A DNA stretch of 39,840 nt from Pseudomonadota bacterium (GTDB lineage Bacteria; Desulfobacterota; Desulfobacteria; Desulfobacterales; RPRI01), in assembly GCA_043825875.1 (NCBI GenBank), contig JBDRRF010000009.1, forward strand, positions 1 to 39,840, read 5' to 3'. Below the pieces are notes generated by a model. It was given only the letters and a program-made list of their open reading frames with translations, was not told the origin of the DNA and ran no database searches. The position numbers and the translations under genes are program-made. Shown in pieces: positions 1 to 14,223 of the stretch; position 1 is the stretch's first letter; each line of letters starts with the position of its first letter.

Positions 1-2038
<2,038 letters not shown>

Positions 2039-2046
<8 letters not shown>

Positions 2047-4426
2047 TGGATAGACCCCATTTCCAGTTAAGAATCTCCGGCATGTCTTTGCCGTGCCGGA
2101 CGATATATTGTTTGTGCTCGATGAGTTTATCCTGAGCCATCTGTTTCAAATAAGCCCCCTTGGAACCCAACTGTGGCAGGCGATCGACTACGTCTTGCAC
2201 CAGGTGGAATCTGTCCAGATCGTTTAACACCGTCATATCGAAATATGTAGTGATGGTGCCTTCTTCCTTATAGCCACGAACATGCATGTTTTTGTGGTTG
2301 GTGCGGCGATATGTCAACCGGTGCACCAGCCAGGGATAACCATGGAAAGCGAACACTATCGGCTTGTCTTTGGTAAATAGCGCATCAAAGTCCTGATCGC
2401 TCAGTCCGTGAGGGTGTTCCGTATTAGGTTCCAGTTTCATCAGATCGACAACATTGATCACGCGGATTTTCAGATCGGGCAGATACTTACGAAGAATGGA
2501 AACAGCGGCAAGGGTTTCAAGCGTCGGCACATCGCCACAGCAGGCCATCACCACGTCAGGCTCCTTCCCCTGATCACTGCAGGCCCATTGCCATACGCCA
2601 ATTCCTTTGGTGCAATGTTCGATTGCGGCATCCATAGTCAACCATTGAGGCGCCTGGTATTTGCCTGCGATTACGACATTAACGTAATGCCGGCTCCTCA
2701 AACAATGATTCCAAACCGACAGCAGACAATTGGCATCCGGCGGAAGGTACACGCGCACGACTGAGGCCTTCTTGTTAGCCACATGATCGATAAAACCGGG
2801 ATCTTGATGGGTAAAACCATTATGAGCCTGCTGCCAGACGTGCGAAGCGAGCAGATAGTTCAGCGAGGCGATCTTACGCCGCCACGGCAATCCAGCGCCA
2901 ACTTTCAGCCACTTGGCGTGCTGGTTAAACATCGAATCGATGATGTGAATAAACGCCTCGTAGCAGTTAAATAACCCATGTCTTCCGGTAAGCAGATATC
3001 CTTCGAGCCAGCCCTCACATTGATGCTCGCTCAGCATCTCCATTACCCGGCCGTCGGATGCAAGAAATTCATCGTTCTCTTCAGTCCGGGCTTCCCACTG
3101 TCGGTTGGTAACCTCGAAAACGGCATTCAACCGATTGGAAAGCGTCTCGTCGGGTCCGAAAATCCTGAAATTTCGTTGTTCCCGATTAAGAGTTACCACC
3201 TCGCGCAGAAACTCTCCCAACACATGCGTATCGGCGGCCTGAACCGATCCCGGAGACAGTACATTTACCGCATAGTTTCGAAAGTCAGGCATAAGCAGGT
3301 CGCGCAATAACAGCCCGCCGTTGGCGTGAGGATTAGCGCCCATTCTTCGCTCGCCCCTGGGAGCCAGTTCGGCTAATTCCGGCAAAAAACGACCGCTCTC
3401 GTCGAAGAGTTCTTCAGGTTTATAGCTTTTCATCCAGTTTTCAAGTAACTTCAGATGGTCGGGATGCTCGGAATCAACCAGTAGCGGAATCTGGTGGGCT
3501 CGAAAGGTGCCCTCGATTTGTATCCCATCGACTACTTTCGGTCCCGTCCAGCCTTTAGGTGAATTGAGAACGATCATCGGCCAGCGTGGACGAGAGGCGT
3601 CATTTTTATTTCGCGCATTGCTTTGGATTTGCCGGATTTCCGTAATCGTTTTTTCTAAAACAGAGGCCATGAGCTGGTGCATTTTATCCGGCTCATCGCC
3701 TTCTACAAAGTAAGGTATCCAGCCATAGCCACGGAGCAGTTGATCCAGTTCTTCATGCGTGATGCGGGCCAGTATGGTCGGATTGGCTATTTTATAGCCG
3801 TTTAGATGCAGGATAGGCAGCACAGCTCCATCGGTAATCGGATTTAGAAATTTGTTGGAGTGCCATGCCGTAGCCAGCGGACCTGTTTCCGCTTCCCCGT
3901 CGCCTACGATGCAGGCGACAACCAGTTCCGGATTGTCAAAGACTGCCCCAAAGGCATGGCTGAGCGAATACCCCAACTCTCCACCCTCATGAATCGATCC
4001 CGGACATTCCGGCGAGACATGGCTGGGAATTCCTCCGGGAAACGAGAATTGCGTGAACAGCTTTTTCAGACCGGCTTCATCCTGACCGATATTCGGATAG
4101 ACTTCACTGTAGGTGCCTTCGAGATAAGTATTGCCCACCAATGCCGGGCCACCGTGGCCGGGTCCGGAAATATAGATCATATCCAGGTCAAACTTTTTAA
4201 TGACCCGGTTCAAATGCACATATATAAAGTTCTGCCCCGGTGTGGTGCCCCAATGCCCAAGCAGCATCGACTTCACGTGAGACAGCTTCAGCGGCTCACG
4301 AAGTAACGGATTATCATTGAGATAGAGCTGGCCGACCGACAGATAATTGGCAGCGCGCCAGTAGGCGTTCATCTTGTGGAGCAGTTCAGGGGAAAGCGTT
4401 TTTGTTTTCATGGTTTGATTCTCCAT
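2039..4426 (-). CDS. xfp: Phosphoketolase (xylulose-5-P/fructose-6-P)
   Basis: 795 aa; [34 protein letters not shown] motif [22 protein letters not shown]. Confidence 0.97.
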
Positions 4427-4469
4427 TTTTTTTAGCCAAGGCCGGGAAAGCGGTAAGCTGTCTTGGCGA

Positions 4470-6773
4470 TCATAGTCTTACCTTCCGCAGCCTTAAGGCG
4501 TTGCTGATGACCGAGACGGAACTCAAGCTCATCGCAGCGCCGGCAATGATCGGGCTGAGCAGTAGGCCGAAGAACGGGTAAAGCACCCCTGCCGCCACCG
4601 GAATTCCCAGCGAGTTGTAGATAAAGGCGAAGATCAGATTCTGCCGGATGTTCCCCATGGTGGCTCGACTGAGGCGGATGGCCTTTGCAATGCCGCGGAG
4701 ATCACCTTTCACGAGAGTGATGCCCGCGCTTTGCATGGCCACATCGGTGCCGGTACCCATGGCAATTCCCACTTCCGCTTCACTGAGGGCTGGTGCGTCG
4801 TTGATGCCGTCGCCGGCCATCGCAACGTGTTTGCCCTCCGCGCGCAGCTTTTTGATGTGGGCGACTTTTCCGGCAGGGTCAATTTCGGCTTCCACCGAAT
4901 CAAGACCGAGTTGTTTGACCACAGCGTCGGCAGTGCGGCGGTTGTCGCCGGTGAGCATGACGATCTCCAAGCCGAGCGCCTGGAGATCCTTGATGGCTTC
5001 TGCGGTGGTGGGTTTAATCGGGTCGGCTACGGTGAGGATTCCCGCCGGTTTGCCATCAATGGCGACAAACATCGCGGTCTTGCCTTCTTCCTGAAGTTTC
5101 ACGGCCGAGGCTTCCATTTGCTCCAAACCGGTGATCTTTTCGTTCCGCAGGAAATCCGGTTTTCCAATCATCACCGCACGACCGGCAACGGTGCCGACAA
5201 CACCGCCCGCTGTAACCGAGCGGAAGTCATTCACCTCCTCAAGAACGATGTCTTGTTCCCTGGCCCCCCGCACAATCGCTGCCGCGAGCGGATGTTCGCT
5301 GTTCTGCTCCAGAGAGGAGGCCATATGCAGTAACTCCTTCGCATCAAAACCGTCGTTGGGCAGGACATCCATGAGCTTGGGTTTGCCCTCTGTGAGCGTA
5401 CCCGTCTTGTCCACGACTATCGAGGTGATTTTTTCCAATCGTTCGAGCGCCTCGGCGTTTTTCACGAGCACACCTTCCTGAGCGCCGCGTCCCACACCGA
5501 CCATGATGGACATGGGAGTTGCCAGGCCCAGGGCGCAGGGGCAGGCAATGATGAGAACCGCAACTGCGTTGACAATGGCGTGCGCGAGCTTTGGCTCCGG
5601 CCCCAGCCACATCCAGAAAATGAAGGTAAGCATAGACACTGCCAACACCGCCGGTACGAAGATCCCCGCGACCTTGTCGGCGAGACCTTGGATGGGCGCA
5701 CGGCTACGCTGAGCCTCGGCCACCATGTTTACTATCTGGCCGAGCAAAGTATCGTTACCGATCCGTTCGGCACGCATGACAAAACTGCCGGAACCATTAA
5801 CGGTGCCGCCCGTCACTTTGTCGCCGACGTTTTTTTCCACCGGGAGCGGTTCGCCGGTGACCATCGATTCTTCCACGCTGGAATGACCTTCAACCACCTC
5901 GCCATCCACGGGCACCTTGTCACCGGGAACCACGCGCAACCAGTCACCGACCTTCACTTGTTCGAGCGGGACTTCATTATCGCCCCCGGGTGCGACTTGT
6001 CGAGCTGTGGGTGGCGCGAGGTTCAGCAAAGCTTTAATGGCACTGCCTGTCCGGCTGCGGGCCCGAAGTTCGAGCACCTGACCGAGGAGTACCAGCACCG
6101 TGACCATCCCGGCAGCCTCAAAGTAAATATCGACCTTGCCTTCATGCAACATTGTGTGTGGGAACAGCTCGGGCATGATCATTGCCACGGCGCCAAAAAC
6201 AAAGGCTGCACCCACACCGATACTGATCAGAGTGAACATGTTCAGGTTAAGGGTCATGATGGAACGTCCGCCACGTTTAAAAAACGGCCAGCCCGCCCAC
6301 AAGACCACGGGGGTGGTAAGCGCAAATTGAATCCATCGCGAAACATCGCCCTTTACCCAGGGCTGACTGCCCAGCACCGGGATCAAGTGTGCCATTGCCA
6401 GGACAAACACCGGCACCGCCAGTGCGGCGCCGATCCAGAAGCGTCTGGTCATGTCTCGCAGTTCAGCATTCTCTTCATCATCCGTGCCCGCTTTCACCGT
6501 TTTTGACTCCAGCGCCATACCACACTTTGGGCATTCGCCGGGATGATCCTGTTCGATCTTAGGGTGCATCGGGCAGGTGTAGGTGGACTTGCCCGGCGGC
6601 TTGGCTTCTGGTTTGGATTCGGGTTTAGCCTCGGACTTAGCTGTCGCGGGCGTTGACAGAAACTTCTGCCGGCAGGAGTCGCTGCAAAAGTAGAATGTTT
6701 TTCCGTCGCGCTCGGTATGCAGTGCGGACGCTTCATCCACCGTCATGCCGCAGATGGGATCTTTGGCCATCAT
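4470..6773 (-). CDS. copA: Cu(+)-type P1B ATPase with N-terminal YHS-like and heavy-metal-binding domains
   Basis: DPICGM...FCSDSC, YTCPMHP...[36 protein letters not shown] motifs. Confidence 0.92.
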   Translation of the reverse strand: MMAKDPICGMTVDEASALHTERDGKTFYFCSDSCRQKFLSTPATAKSEAKPESKPEAKPPGKSTYTCPMHPKIEQDHPGECPKCGMALESKTVKAGTDDEENAELRDMTRRFWIGAALAVPVFVLAMAHLIPVLGSQPWVKGDVSRWIQFALTTPVVLWAGWPFFKRGGRSIMTLNLNMFTLISIGVGAAFVFGAVAMIMPELFPHTMLHEGKVDIYFEAAGMVTVLVLLGQVLELRARSRTGSAIKALLNLAPPTARQVAPGGDNEVPLEQVKVGDWLRVVPGDKVPVDGEVVEGHSSVEESMVTGEPLPVEKNVGDKVTGGTVNGSGSFVMRAERIGNDTLLGQIVNMVAEAQRSRAPIQGLADKVAGIFVPAVLAVSMLTFIFWMWLGPEPKLAHAIVNAVAVLIIACPCALGLATPMSIMVGVGRGAQEGVLVKNAEALERLEKITSIVVDKTGTLTEGKPKLMDVLPNDGFDAKELLHMASSLEQNSEHPLAAAIVRGAREQDIVLEEVNDFRSVTAGGVVGTVAGRAVMIGKPDFLRNEKITGLEQMEASAVKLQEEGKTAMFVAIDGKPAGILTVADPIKPTTAEAIKDLQALGLEIVMLTGDNRRTADAVVKQLGLDSVEAEIDPAGKVAHIKKLRAEGKHVAMAGDGINDAPALSEAEVGIAMGTGTDVAMQSAGITLVKGDLRGIAKAIRLSRATMGNIRQNLIFAFIYNSLGIPVAAGVLYPFFGLLLSPIIAGAAMSLSSVSVISNALRLRKVRL

Positions 6774-6790
6774 TAGTCCTCCTTCTCAGG

Positions 6791-7276
6791 TTATTGTTGT
6801 CCCATCATTCCACGGCGATGTTCACCCATTTCCTTCCACATCGAACCATTGGTTTTATCGCCCATCCAACAATTGTTCCAATCGAACTCTTGGCGGTTAT
6901 TGTCCGCGCCGTTACCGATCCAACCGTGACGCACCTGACCTCCTCGTAACCAATCCGACTGGCCGTAAAACCGGCTGCAGAAACCGGGCGGGTCACTATC
7001 TGTCGGCTGGGGTTGAAGCTCGATCGTTTGATCGCCGCTCCCGATCATCATGGGTTTATTTTCAATGGGCCGGCTTTTTTTGAGGTTCTGGTCCCAGGTG
7101 TGGACCATCACCTCGCCAGTGTCAGTGTTGGCCACGATTTCGGCTTTCGCCTTGCCGTTATTTAACGTCACCACGTCGCCTCCGTTTGGACCTGCCTGCG
7201 TGGATGAGCAGGACTGTATGGTCATCATTGCAAGCAGCAGTCCGATACCGCCGATAACTGAAATTAAGCTTTTCAT
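6791..7276 (-). CDS. Hypothetical exported lipoprotein
   Basis: 161 aa; signal peptide with a lipobox-like Cys (IQSC), GPNGG motif, AGGAG RBS, directly upstream of the ATPase. Confidence 0.7.
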   Translation of the reverse strand: MKSLISVIGGIGLLLAMMTIQSCSSTQAGPNGGDVVTLNNGKAKAEIVANTDTGEVMVHTWDQNLKKSRPIENKPMMIGSGDQTIELQPQPTDSDPPGFCSRFYGQSDWLRGGQVRHGWIGNGADNNRQEFDWNNCWMGDKTNGSMWKEMGEHRRGMMGQQ

Positions 7277-7455
7277 ATAAGAATCTCCTGTTTGTTCGTG
7301 ATGCAGTGCATCCGCAGCGCATGATTACGGTTTGTGTTTATGCGCAGTAGGGCCGGTTACTACTAAGTAAATGCCCACCGCCGCTGTCCCAGCGACATCC
7401 CTTGTTCTTCGCTCGTTTGAATTTCGAATTTCGTAAGCGGTTTTTTCAACTGCTT

Positions 7456-8754
7456 TCACTCGCCGCCGCCGTGCTCACGGTTTTGCCGGTAGGTATTTTG
7501 ATCAGCATATGTTTCCTTTTTTTTATTGGCTATGCCAAGTCCGAGTGCGTGGCACACCATCTTGGCGATCATCTGTTCTTCATCAGTGCGAATGACGCGG
7601 GCTGCAACCCGGCTGGTCGTTGCGGAGATCACGCCCTCATTCGCAGCGTTTCGCTTTTCTTCGAGTTCGATTCCAAGAAATTCCAGACCACCGCAAATCC
7701 TGGCGCGAACTATGGGAGCATTTTCTCCTATGCCGCCTGCGAATACCAGAGTGTCAAGTCCGCCCAAGGCTGCCGCATATGCGCCGATCCATTTCTTGAC
7801 ATGGTAGCAAAACAATGCTACCGCTTCAGCCGCCCGAACATCATGTTTTTCAAGTTTGAGTAAGTCATGCATGTCGGAACTGGTTTCTGACACACCGAGC
7901 AGTCCGGACTGGAAATTTACCATCTCATTAAATTGTTTGTCATCCATGCCCTCGGTACGGAACAGATACCAGAGGAGTCCGGGGTCCAGGTCACCTGAGC
8001 GGGTGCTCATCGGCACACCGGCTGTTGGAGTGAAACTCATGCTTGTGTCTATGGATTTGCCTGCATGCACCGCAGCCAGGCTGGCGCCATTGCCGAGGTG
8101 GGCAAGGATGACCCGGCCTTGTGCCGCTTTTTCCCCGGCCAGGCTGGCCAGTTCTTCCATCAGAAACGCATATGATAATCCGTGAAACCCATACCGCCGC
8201 ACACCCATAGCTTCGTAACGGCGTGGAATCGGTAATAACCTGGCCACGCGCGGCAATTCATGGTGAAAAGCCGTGTCAAAACATGCCACTTGGGGCAGAT
8301 CGGGAAATCGTTTATGGAAAGCCTCGGTTAACAGAATTTCTTCCGGCAGATGCTCAGGATCGAATGGACTAAGCCGGTGAAGTTCTTCAACCATTTCAGT
8401 AGTAATTAGCTGTGGCTGGCTATACTTCGGCCCGCCATGAACAACACGATGCCCCACCGCGGTCAATGTATCATGTCCGCTGTGCTGCTCGATCCAATCC
8501 ATCAGAACTCCCACCGCTACCGTATGATCCGGCGCTGTAACTAAACGCGAAAAGTTGTCCTCCTGGTTTGAACCTTTCACCCGCAATGTGGCGTTCGATA
8601 GTCCAATGCGCTCAATTGTACCCTCCAGAATTCTTTTAAGCGCATCGCCGGCTTCAAATAGCGCAAACTTGATACTGGATGAGCCGCCATTAATCGTCAA
8701 AATTCGTGGGTTAGCCTCTCTCTTTGATGATTTTTTTGGCATTGTTGATTTCAT
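7456..8754 (-). CDS. ackA: Acetate/propionate kinase
   Basis: ILTINGGSSSIKF, GHRVVHGG, FDTAFH, RRYGFHGLSY, HLGNGAS, TRSGDLDP, FAGGIGEN, TDEE. Confidence 0.96.
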   Translation of the reverse strand: MKSTMPKKSSKREANPRILTINGGSSSIKFALFEAGDALKRILEGTIERIGLSNATLRVKGSNQEDNFSRLVTAPDHTVAVGVLMDWIEQHSGHDTLTAVGHRVVHGGPKYSQPQLITTEMVEELHRLSPFDPEHLPEEILLTEAFHKRFPDLPQVACFDTAFHHELPRVARLLPIPRRYEAMGVRRYGFHGLSYAFLMEELASLAGEKAAQGRVILAHLGNGASLAAVHAGKSIDTSMSFTPTAGVPMSTRSGDLDPGLLWYLFRTEGMDDKQFNEMVNFQSGLLGVSETSSDMHDLLKLEKHDVRAAEAVALFCYHVKKWIGAYAAALGGLDTLVFAGGIGENAPIVRARICGGLEFLGIELEEKRNAANEGVISATTSRVAARVIRTDEEQMIAKMVCHALGLGIANKKKETYADQNTYRQNREHGGGE

Positions 8755-8777
8755 CTTCTTTTTATCCGTTGATCAGA

Positions 8778-11324
8778 TCAGCGCTGCCACAGGATTTGCG
8801 GGGTTTCTAGTGGAACAGCAACACCGGAGCAAAGCGGAATCAGTCTTGCTGTATAGTCTGTCGCAGGCCGGTCGTCAGACACAGCAGCACCATAGATATG
8901 ACCACCCAAAGAGCCTGCCAGTTGGCGAAGTTGTTTCATCTCATGCCTTACCGGTGCATCGCCGTTTATTCCGTCTGCATAAAGCTCGACTCGCACCGCA
9001 TCAGGATTAATATCATTTAGATAAACCTGAACTTCATATACGTGCTGCTTGTCTTCGGTCTGAACCTTCATTTCGACGAAACGCAATGTTGGCCAAAGTT
9101 TCTCCAGCGCCTTGCACCAATTAACTATCCGGATGGCTACCTCACCTTTATTGGCAGCACGTTTCATATAGGCTAAAGCTGCCGGGAGATAGTGTTGTTC
9201 GGTATATTCGCGCACCGTGCGGTTGGCCGAAAAGCGTGGTGTCAACTGCGCCATGCTTTCACGCATCCGCCCAACCCAAGCAACAGGAATGCCGTTCTCG
9301 TCTCTGTTATAAAACTCAGGGATTACTTCCTGTTCAAGCAGGTCATAGAGTGCATCGGCTTCGGCAGCGTCCCATGCCGGATCATCGCCATGCTCCTGGC
9401 CGTCTCCCAACGCCCATCCCACTTCAGGTGTGTATGCTTCCGCCCACCAGCCGTCCAGTTCCGAAAGATTAATGCCTCCGTTTACGAGCACCTTCATTCC
9501 GCTTGTTCCGCAAGCCTCCCAGGGCCGCCGTGGAGTGTTGATCCAGACATCGACCCCTTGTACCAGATGTTCAGTTAACAGCATGTCGTAGTCGCTCAAA
9601 AAAACTATATGAGATCGGATTTCCGGCTGTCGGATAAAACTTATCCATTCATGGATCAATGCCTGCCCGTCCAGGTCATCCGGATGAGCCTTGCCGGCGA
9701 TAATGAGTTGTACCGAACGATCAGGGTTGGTTAACAGGCGAAGCAGCCGCTTTGGGTCATACAACAGCAGGTTAGGTCTTTTATAGGTAGCGAAGCGCCG
9801 CGCAAAGCCCAGCGTTAAAACATTTGGATCAAAGAGACGTTTGACACTTTCAAGCACATCGTCAGGCGAGCCATAGGCAGCCATTTGTCTGGAAAATCGC
9901 TTGCGGGCGTATTCAACAAGAGCCTTGCCGGCATCTATGCGAAATTGCCAAAGGTCGGCGTCGGAAACGTGGCGAATATCCTGCTCCATAGTTTCCATTG
10001 TCCCCAGCCAGCGGTCTTTTCCACAGGCTTTCGTCCAAAGATCGTCGGCTGCCGCTGAATCCCAGCTTGGCATGTGAACTCCGTTGGTCACGTGACCAAT
10101 GGGAACTTCGTTCGCCGGCCAGTTGGAAAAAAGAGGTTCAAAGAGGTGACGGCTGACTTTCCCATGTAAGCGACTCACGCCATTTACCGCACCGCTGCCA
10201 CGGATTGCCAGATAAGCCATGTTAAAGCTCTCCGAAGAATTATTCGGATTCTGACGGCCCAGGGCCAGCAAATCATGAAGTGTTATGTTAAGCCTCTGTT
10301 TGGCATAACCACCAAGGTATTGTTCGATAAGAGAAGGAGCAAAACGGTCAAAGCCTGCGGTAACCGCCGTGTGGGTGGTAAACAAGTTCCCAGCCCGGGT
10401 TGCAGTCAATGCTACTTCGAATGGTTGCCCGGTTTCTTCCATGAAACTGCGGGCGCGTTCCAGAACTGCAAAGGCCGCATGCCCTTCATTCAGATGGCAA
10501 ACTTCCGGATGGATTCCAAGTGCGTCAAGCAGTCTCCATCCTCCGATGCCGAGCAGCAATTCCTGCTTAAGACGCAGCTCCGGCCCGCCTCCATACAACT
10601 CGCTGGTAATTCCCCGATGTACTGGAAAGTTCGCGGCATCATTGCTGTCCAGCAGGTAAAGTTTTACTCTGCCTACCTGAGCCTGCCAGGCTCGCAACCA
10701 GACCGAATAACCGGGCAGAGAGATCTCCAGACGCAACCACTCGCCGTTTTCCTGGCGCAATGGCGTGATCGGCAGCTGTCCCGGATCATTATACGGGAAG
10801 AGTGCCTGTTGGTTTCCGTACTTGTCGATTACCTGTCGAAAATAGCCTTGCTGGTAGAGCAGACCTACGCCTACTACCGGCACGCCTAAATCGCTGGCGG
10901 CTTTGAGCTGATCACCGGCCACGTTGCCAAGCCCGCCTGAATAGATGGGCAGCGCTTCACTCAACATGAATTCCAGGCTGAAATACGCGACGCAGGTCAG
11001 AGGAGCCTGCGGATGATATTGCTGAAACCATGCCTGAGCTTCTTCCGCCTGATGCTTGGCTTGCAGCAGATCATCAATGTTCTTACGGAAGGCTGGATCT
11101 GTCAACACACGTTCGAGTTGGTCTCGTGAGACCGTTTGTAGGACAACCCATGGATTATGCGTGAGTTCCCACAATGCCGGATCAAGCTGCCTCCACACTT
11201 TATCTGTGGCATGATTCCATGATGAGCGCATATCCAGCGCAAGCTCAGCCAGGGAATCAAATCCTTCGATTTCCGTAGGCAAAAGGCTATATATCGGGTG
11301 GCCGGCACGTGCTTGCTCGGTCAT
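8778..11324 (-). CDS. glgP: Alpha-glucan (glycogen/maltodextrin) phosphorylase
   Basis: 848 aa; YSGGLGNVAGD, HLNEGH, ARRFATYKR, PLP site EACGTSGMK. Confidence 0.96.
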   Translation of the reverse strand: MTEQARAGHPIYSLLPTEIEGFDSLAELALDMRSSWNHATDKVWRQLDPALWELTHNPWVVLQTVSRDQLERVLTDPAFRKNIDDLLQAKHQAEEAQAWFQQYHPQAPLTCVAYFSLEFMLSEALPIYSGGLGNVAGDQLKAASDLGVPVVGVGLLYQQGYFRQVIDKYGNQQALFPYNDPGQLPITPLRQENGEWLRLEISLPGYSVWLRAWQAQVGRVKLYLLDSNDAANFPVHRGITSELYGGGPELRLKQELLLGIGGWRLLDALGIHPEVCHLNEGHAAFAVLERARSFMEETGQPFEVALTATRAGNLFTTHTAVTAGFDRFAPSLIEQYLGGYAKQRLNITLHDLLALGRQNPNNSSESFNMAYLAIRGSGAVNGVSRLHGKVSRHLFEPLFSNWPANEVPIGHVTNGVHMPSWDSAAADDLWTKACGKDRWLGTMETMEQDIRHVSDADLWQFRIDAGKALVEYARKRFSRQMAAYGSPDDVLESVKRLFDPNVLTLGFARRFATYKRPNLLLYDPKRLLRLLTNPDRSVQLIIAGKAHPDDLDGQALIHEWISFIRQPEIRSHIVFLSDYDMLLTEHLVQGVDVWINTPRRPWEACGTSGMKVLVNGGINLSELDGWWAEAYTPEVGWALGDGQEHGDDPAWDAAEADALYDLLEQEVIPEFYNRDENGIPVAWVGRMRESMAQLTPRFSANRTVREYTEQHYLPAALAYMKRAANKGEVAIRIVNWCKALEKLWPTLRFVEMKVQTEDKQHVYEVQVYLNDINPDAVRVELYADGINGDAPVRHEMKQLRQLAGSLGGHIYGAAVSDDRPATDYTARLIPLCSGVAVPLETPQILWQR

Positions 11325-11489
11325 AGTTTCTCCTTATGAATTGGATTTACATGAAAGGCCTGAGGTTGTGGAGCCCATAGCCAAAGCGCTGTAATAGTAT
11401 TAGATTATAACGCCAAGTTTTATCGGCTGTGTGTGATCTCTATGTGCAGCGACAAGAAACTGTTGTTTTGCTCTCAAGATGAACATGTG

Positions 11490-11939
11490 TTATCTTTTTA
11501 CCAGCAGAACCGGGATTTTGGTTTCTTTGTGGAGCACACCATAGGTTACACTTCCAAGGAGCACAGCTACTAAAGCGCTTTGTCCATGGGAACCCATAAC
11601 AATAAGGCCTGCTTTTGACTTTTCAGCTTCTTTAACAATCTCCTCAACAGGATGCCCTGTTTTTATAACAACCGTAGATTGAACACTTTTTTCTTCACAC
11701 AGTTTCACTATATCTTTGGTATATTTTTCAGCAGCCTCCTGAAGATAATCCTCGACTGGTTCTATCATATTCATTGCCGTAAGCCCGGCAGGAACTGCCC
11801 GGCTTACAAAAAAGCGTTGATCAATAACACTCATAATAATTACGGAAGCGTTTAACTGTTTTGCAAGGTCAACCCCATAATTTGCCGCCTTTTGTGCTGT
11901 CTTTGACCCGTCTGTCGGAACAAGGATTTTCGAAATCAT
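11490..11939 (-). CDS. Universal stress protein (UspA family)
   Basis: KILVPTDGS...LIVMGSHG...LLGSVT...PVLLVK. Confidence 0.95.
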   Translation of the reverse strand: MISKILVPTDGSKTAQKAANYGVDLAKQLNASVIIMSVIDQRFFVSRAVPAGLTAMNMIEPVEDYLQEAAEKYTKDIVKLCEEKSVQSTVVIKTGHPVEEIVKEAEKSKAGLIVMGSHGQSALVAVLLGSVTYGVLHKETKIPVLLVKR

Positions 11940-12045
11940 GACCTCTCCTTTAATGTTCTTGAAAATTAATCAAAAAAACAAATTGTATCATGGCCCCATA
12001 AAGGGCATCTTTTAACTAATCAGCATTAGATAATCATTACCGCTT

Positions 12046-12187
12046 GAGCCACTTTAAAAACGTTTCAGTTTGGTCAAGGTCAAGGCGGGCGAAAATTTTA
12101 ACCATAGGAATACATATAGTATTTCGAGGATTAAAATTTGAGCCCAACGCTGAGATCGGCCAAAATGGGACGTTTTGAAACTGGCTC
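12046..12187 (-). mobile_element. 142-bp MITE, copy 1 (inverted relative to copies 2 and 3)
   Basis: Ends GAGCCACTTTAAAAACG / CGTTTTGAAACTGGCTC; flanked by a direct GCTT duplication (12042-12045, 12188-12191); homologous to 14540-14681 and 39702-39840. Confidence 0.9.
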
Positions 12188-12199
12188 GCTTGTCGAAAA

Positions 12200-12472
12200 T
12201 CAGGTTTGGTGAGTGGTTAAGTTATGCATCGCCTTAATAATATCAAGAATCGCCTCATGCATTCCTTCGGCTGATGAATGAGGTTCTATTGCTTCTTTTT
12301 TTCCGGTATGGACCTTAGACTTGAGCTCATGGAATTTTTGAGCATGTGTTTCAAACTGGATGCGATGTTCTTCTTTCAGGTCTTTGATATGATCGGAATT
12401 AATTTTTTTAATAAGTTCGTCGGCTTCTGCCATTAATTGTTCTATGCTTTTTGCTTTTAAGTTTGTTGTCAT
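12200..12472 (-). CDS. Small helical hypothetical protein
   Basis: 90 aa ORF with AGGA RBS, co-oriented just downstream of the radical SAM gene. Confidence 0.7.
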   Translation of the reverse strand: MTTNLKAKSIEQLMAEADELIKKINSDHIKDLKEEHRIQFETHAQKFHELKSKVHTGKKEAIEPHSSAEGMHEAILDIIKAMHNLTTHQT

Positions 12473-12511
12473 AATGTTTCCTTTCCATTTTTAAAAGTAA
12501 TACCGCCCGGT

Positions 12512-13990
12512 TTAAAGAATATATTGTTCACATATTTTGCGGTAATGATGTCCATATATTGAAAGTGTGACAGCCAATGGTATCTGCTTGGGTTTGCTGA
12601 TTAGCGTCCAACTTATAAGTTTCCAGTATTGAAAACGCTCTTTCCCTAAAAACCCGAGCCGGAAAGCAGATCGAAAGAAAGAAAGAAATCGCTGAAAATT
12701 TATCGGCTGCTTGATTTCAGGCACCTTAAGTTCCTTAAGCAAAGTTCTGACCCGACGGTAGTAGTTTTTAGGAGAATAAATCTGTTCCATTATCGATTTA
12801 TACCCGTCCAAAAGCTTGTCTATGCCCATTCGGGGAATTATATTGGTTGTTCCATTAACATTATCTCCGGAAAAGATATTGTCCACCCGGCTTTCCCGTT
12901 GAAGCCGCTCAAAAAGGCGTGTTCCCGGAATGGCCTGTAGCATTCCAACCATTGCGGTGACGATTCCGCTCATTTGAATAAAATCGATCTGACGCTGGAA
13001 AATAGAAGGCATATCGCTGTCAAAGCCCACAATAAAACCACCCATCACCTGTAATCCGGAACGGTGGATAATTTTGACGCTTTCAAGAAGATCCCGGTTT
13101 TTATTCTGGGTTTTGTGGCATTCTGTAAGACTGACCTCATCGGGTGATTCGATACCGATAAAAACAGAATCGAATCCGGCCGTTACCATCATATCCAGAA
13201 GCTCAGTATCATCGGCGAGATTGATAGAGGCTTCAGTGAAAAAAACACATCCCTTTTTGTCTTTGCGCCATTCGATAAGAGCGGGCAGTAAATGCGTTTT
13301 AAGGTAGCCCTTATTTCCAATAAAATTATCGTCAACAAAAAATATGCTGCCGCGCCAGCCGGAAGTATAAATAATGTCCAGTTCTGAGATGATTTGCCGG
13401 GGTGTTTTCAAGCGTGACCGGTGACCGAACAGAGCCGTCACATTGCAGAATTCGCAATTGAAAGGGCATCCCCTGGAAAATTGTATGTTCATGGATGCAT
13501 ATCGGTTCATTTTTATCAGATTCCATGAGGGAACAGGAGTATCGCTAAGATCACAGAAACCGGAAGCTCTATAGATTTTTTTTGCTTGTCCGTTTTGTAA
13601 GTCCGACAAAAAAGCTGGAAGTGTCAATTCTGCTTCGTCGAGAACTAGATGGTCTACCTCCTTGAATTCCTCTGGCTCAGAAGTAAAAAGCGGCCCTCCT
13701 GCAACGATTTTTAAATTCAAAGCCTTACAGCGGGCGATGATTTGTTTGGCTGATATACGCTGAACGGCCATGCCTCCGATAAAGACCATATCCGCCCATA
13801 AAAGATCTTTATCCGTAAGACTATCCACATTCACATCCACAATGCGTTTAGACCATTTGTCCGGTAAAAGGGATGATACGGTAAGCAAGCCAAGCGGCGG
13901 GAAAGCCGATTTCTTTCCGATAAAACTTAAAGCGTACGTATAAGACCAAAAGGTATCCGGAAATTTTGGGTAAATAAGTAGAATGTTCAT
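12512..13990 (-). CDS. B12-binding radical SAM protein (DUF4070-type C-terminus)
   Basis: YPKFPDTFWS..PPLGLLT N-terminus; SRGCPFNCEFC CxxxCxxC motif; GFIVGFDSD. Confidence 0.92.
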   Translation of the reverse strand: MNILLIYPKFPDTFWSYTYALSFIGKKSAFPPLGLLTVSSLLPDKWSKRIVDVNVDSLTDKDLLWADMVFIGGMAVQRISAKQIIARCKALNLKIVAGGPLFTSEPEEFKEVDHLVLDEAELTLPAFLSDLQNGQAKKIYRASGFCDLSDTPVPSWNLIKMNRYASMNIQFSRGCPFNCEFCNVTALFGHRSRLKTPRQIISELDIIYTSGWRGSIFFVDDNFIGNKGYLKTHLLPALIEWRKDKKGCVFFTEASINLADDTELLDMMVTAGFDSVFIGIESPDEVSLTECHKTQNKNRDLLESVKIIHRSGLQVMGGFIVGFDSDMPSIFQRQIDFIQMSGIVTAMVGMLQAIPGTRLFERLQRESRVDNIFSGDNVNGTTNIIPRMGIDKLLDGYKSIMEQIYSPKNYYRRVRTLLKELKVPEIKQPINFQRFLSFFRSAFRLGFLGKERFQYWKLISWTLISKPKQIPLAVTLSIYGHHYRKICEQYIL

Positions 13991-14074
13991 ATTATTGGGT
14001 TCCTCTCTGCATTATAGCAGTTGTCAGAAATGGGTTTCATTCTTTATAATTACCAGGATCACGCAATATTAAAT

Positions 14075-14223
14075 GCAAAGAGTCTGCCAATAACTGAAGG
14101 GAAATCAGAAGCTTGGATTCATGATTTAATAACAGGGAATTAGGTTAAAAGTAGATGATAGCAAAATACTTTGAAATGATTAATTGAACCTCAACATTTG
14201 GTTGAACCTCAAAATATTGATGG
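14075..14223 (-). promoter_or_regulatory. Sigma54 promoter cassette copy 1 (ahead of radical SAM unit)
   Basis: Minus strand TTGGCAGACTCTTTGCA (GG-N10-GC, 14075-14088); upstream element CCTCAACATTTGGTTGAACCTCAAAATATTGATGG at 14189-14223. Confidence 0.85.

Noticed and set aside
7320..7510. Possible small gene overlapping the ackA 3' end
   Set aside because: The frame from the RBS-linked ATG stops after about 20 codons; no evidence of a product.
11404..11470. attC-like imperfect hairpin (TATAACGCCAAG...CTGTTGTT) at the GC transition
   Set aside because: Single degenerate copy, weak core-site match, no integrase; not supportable.
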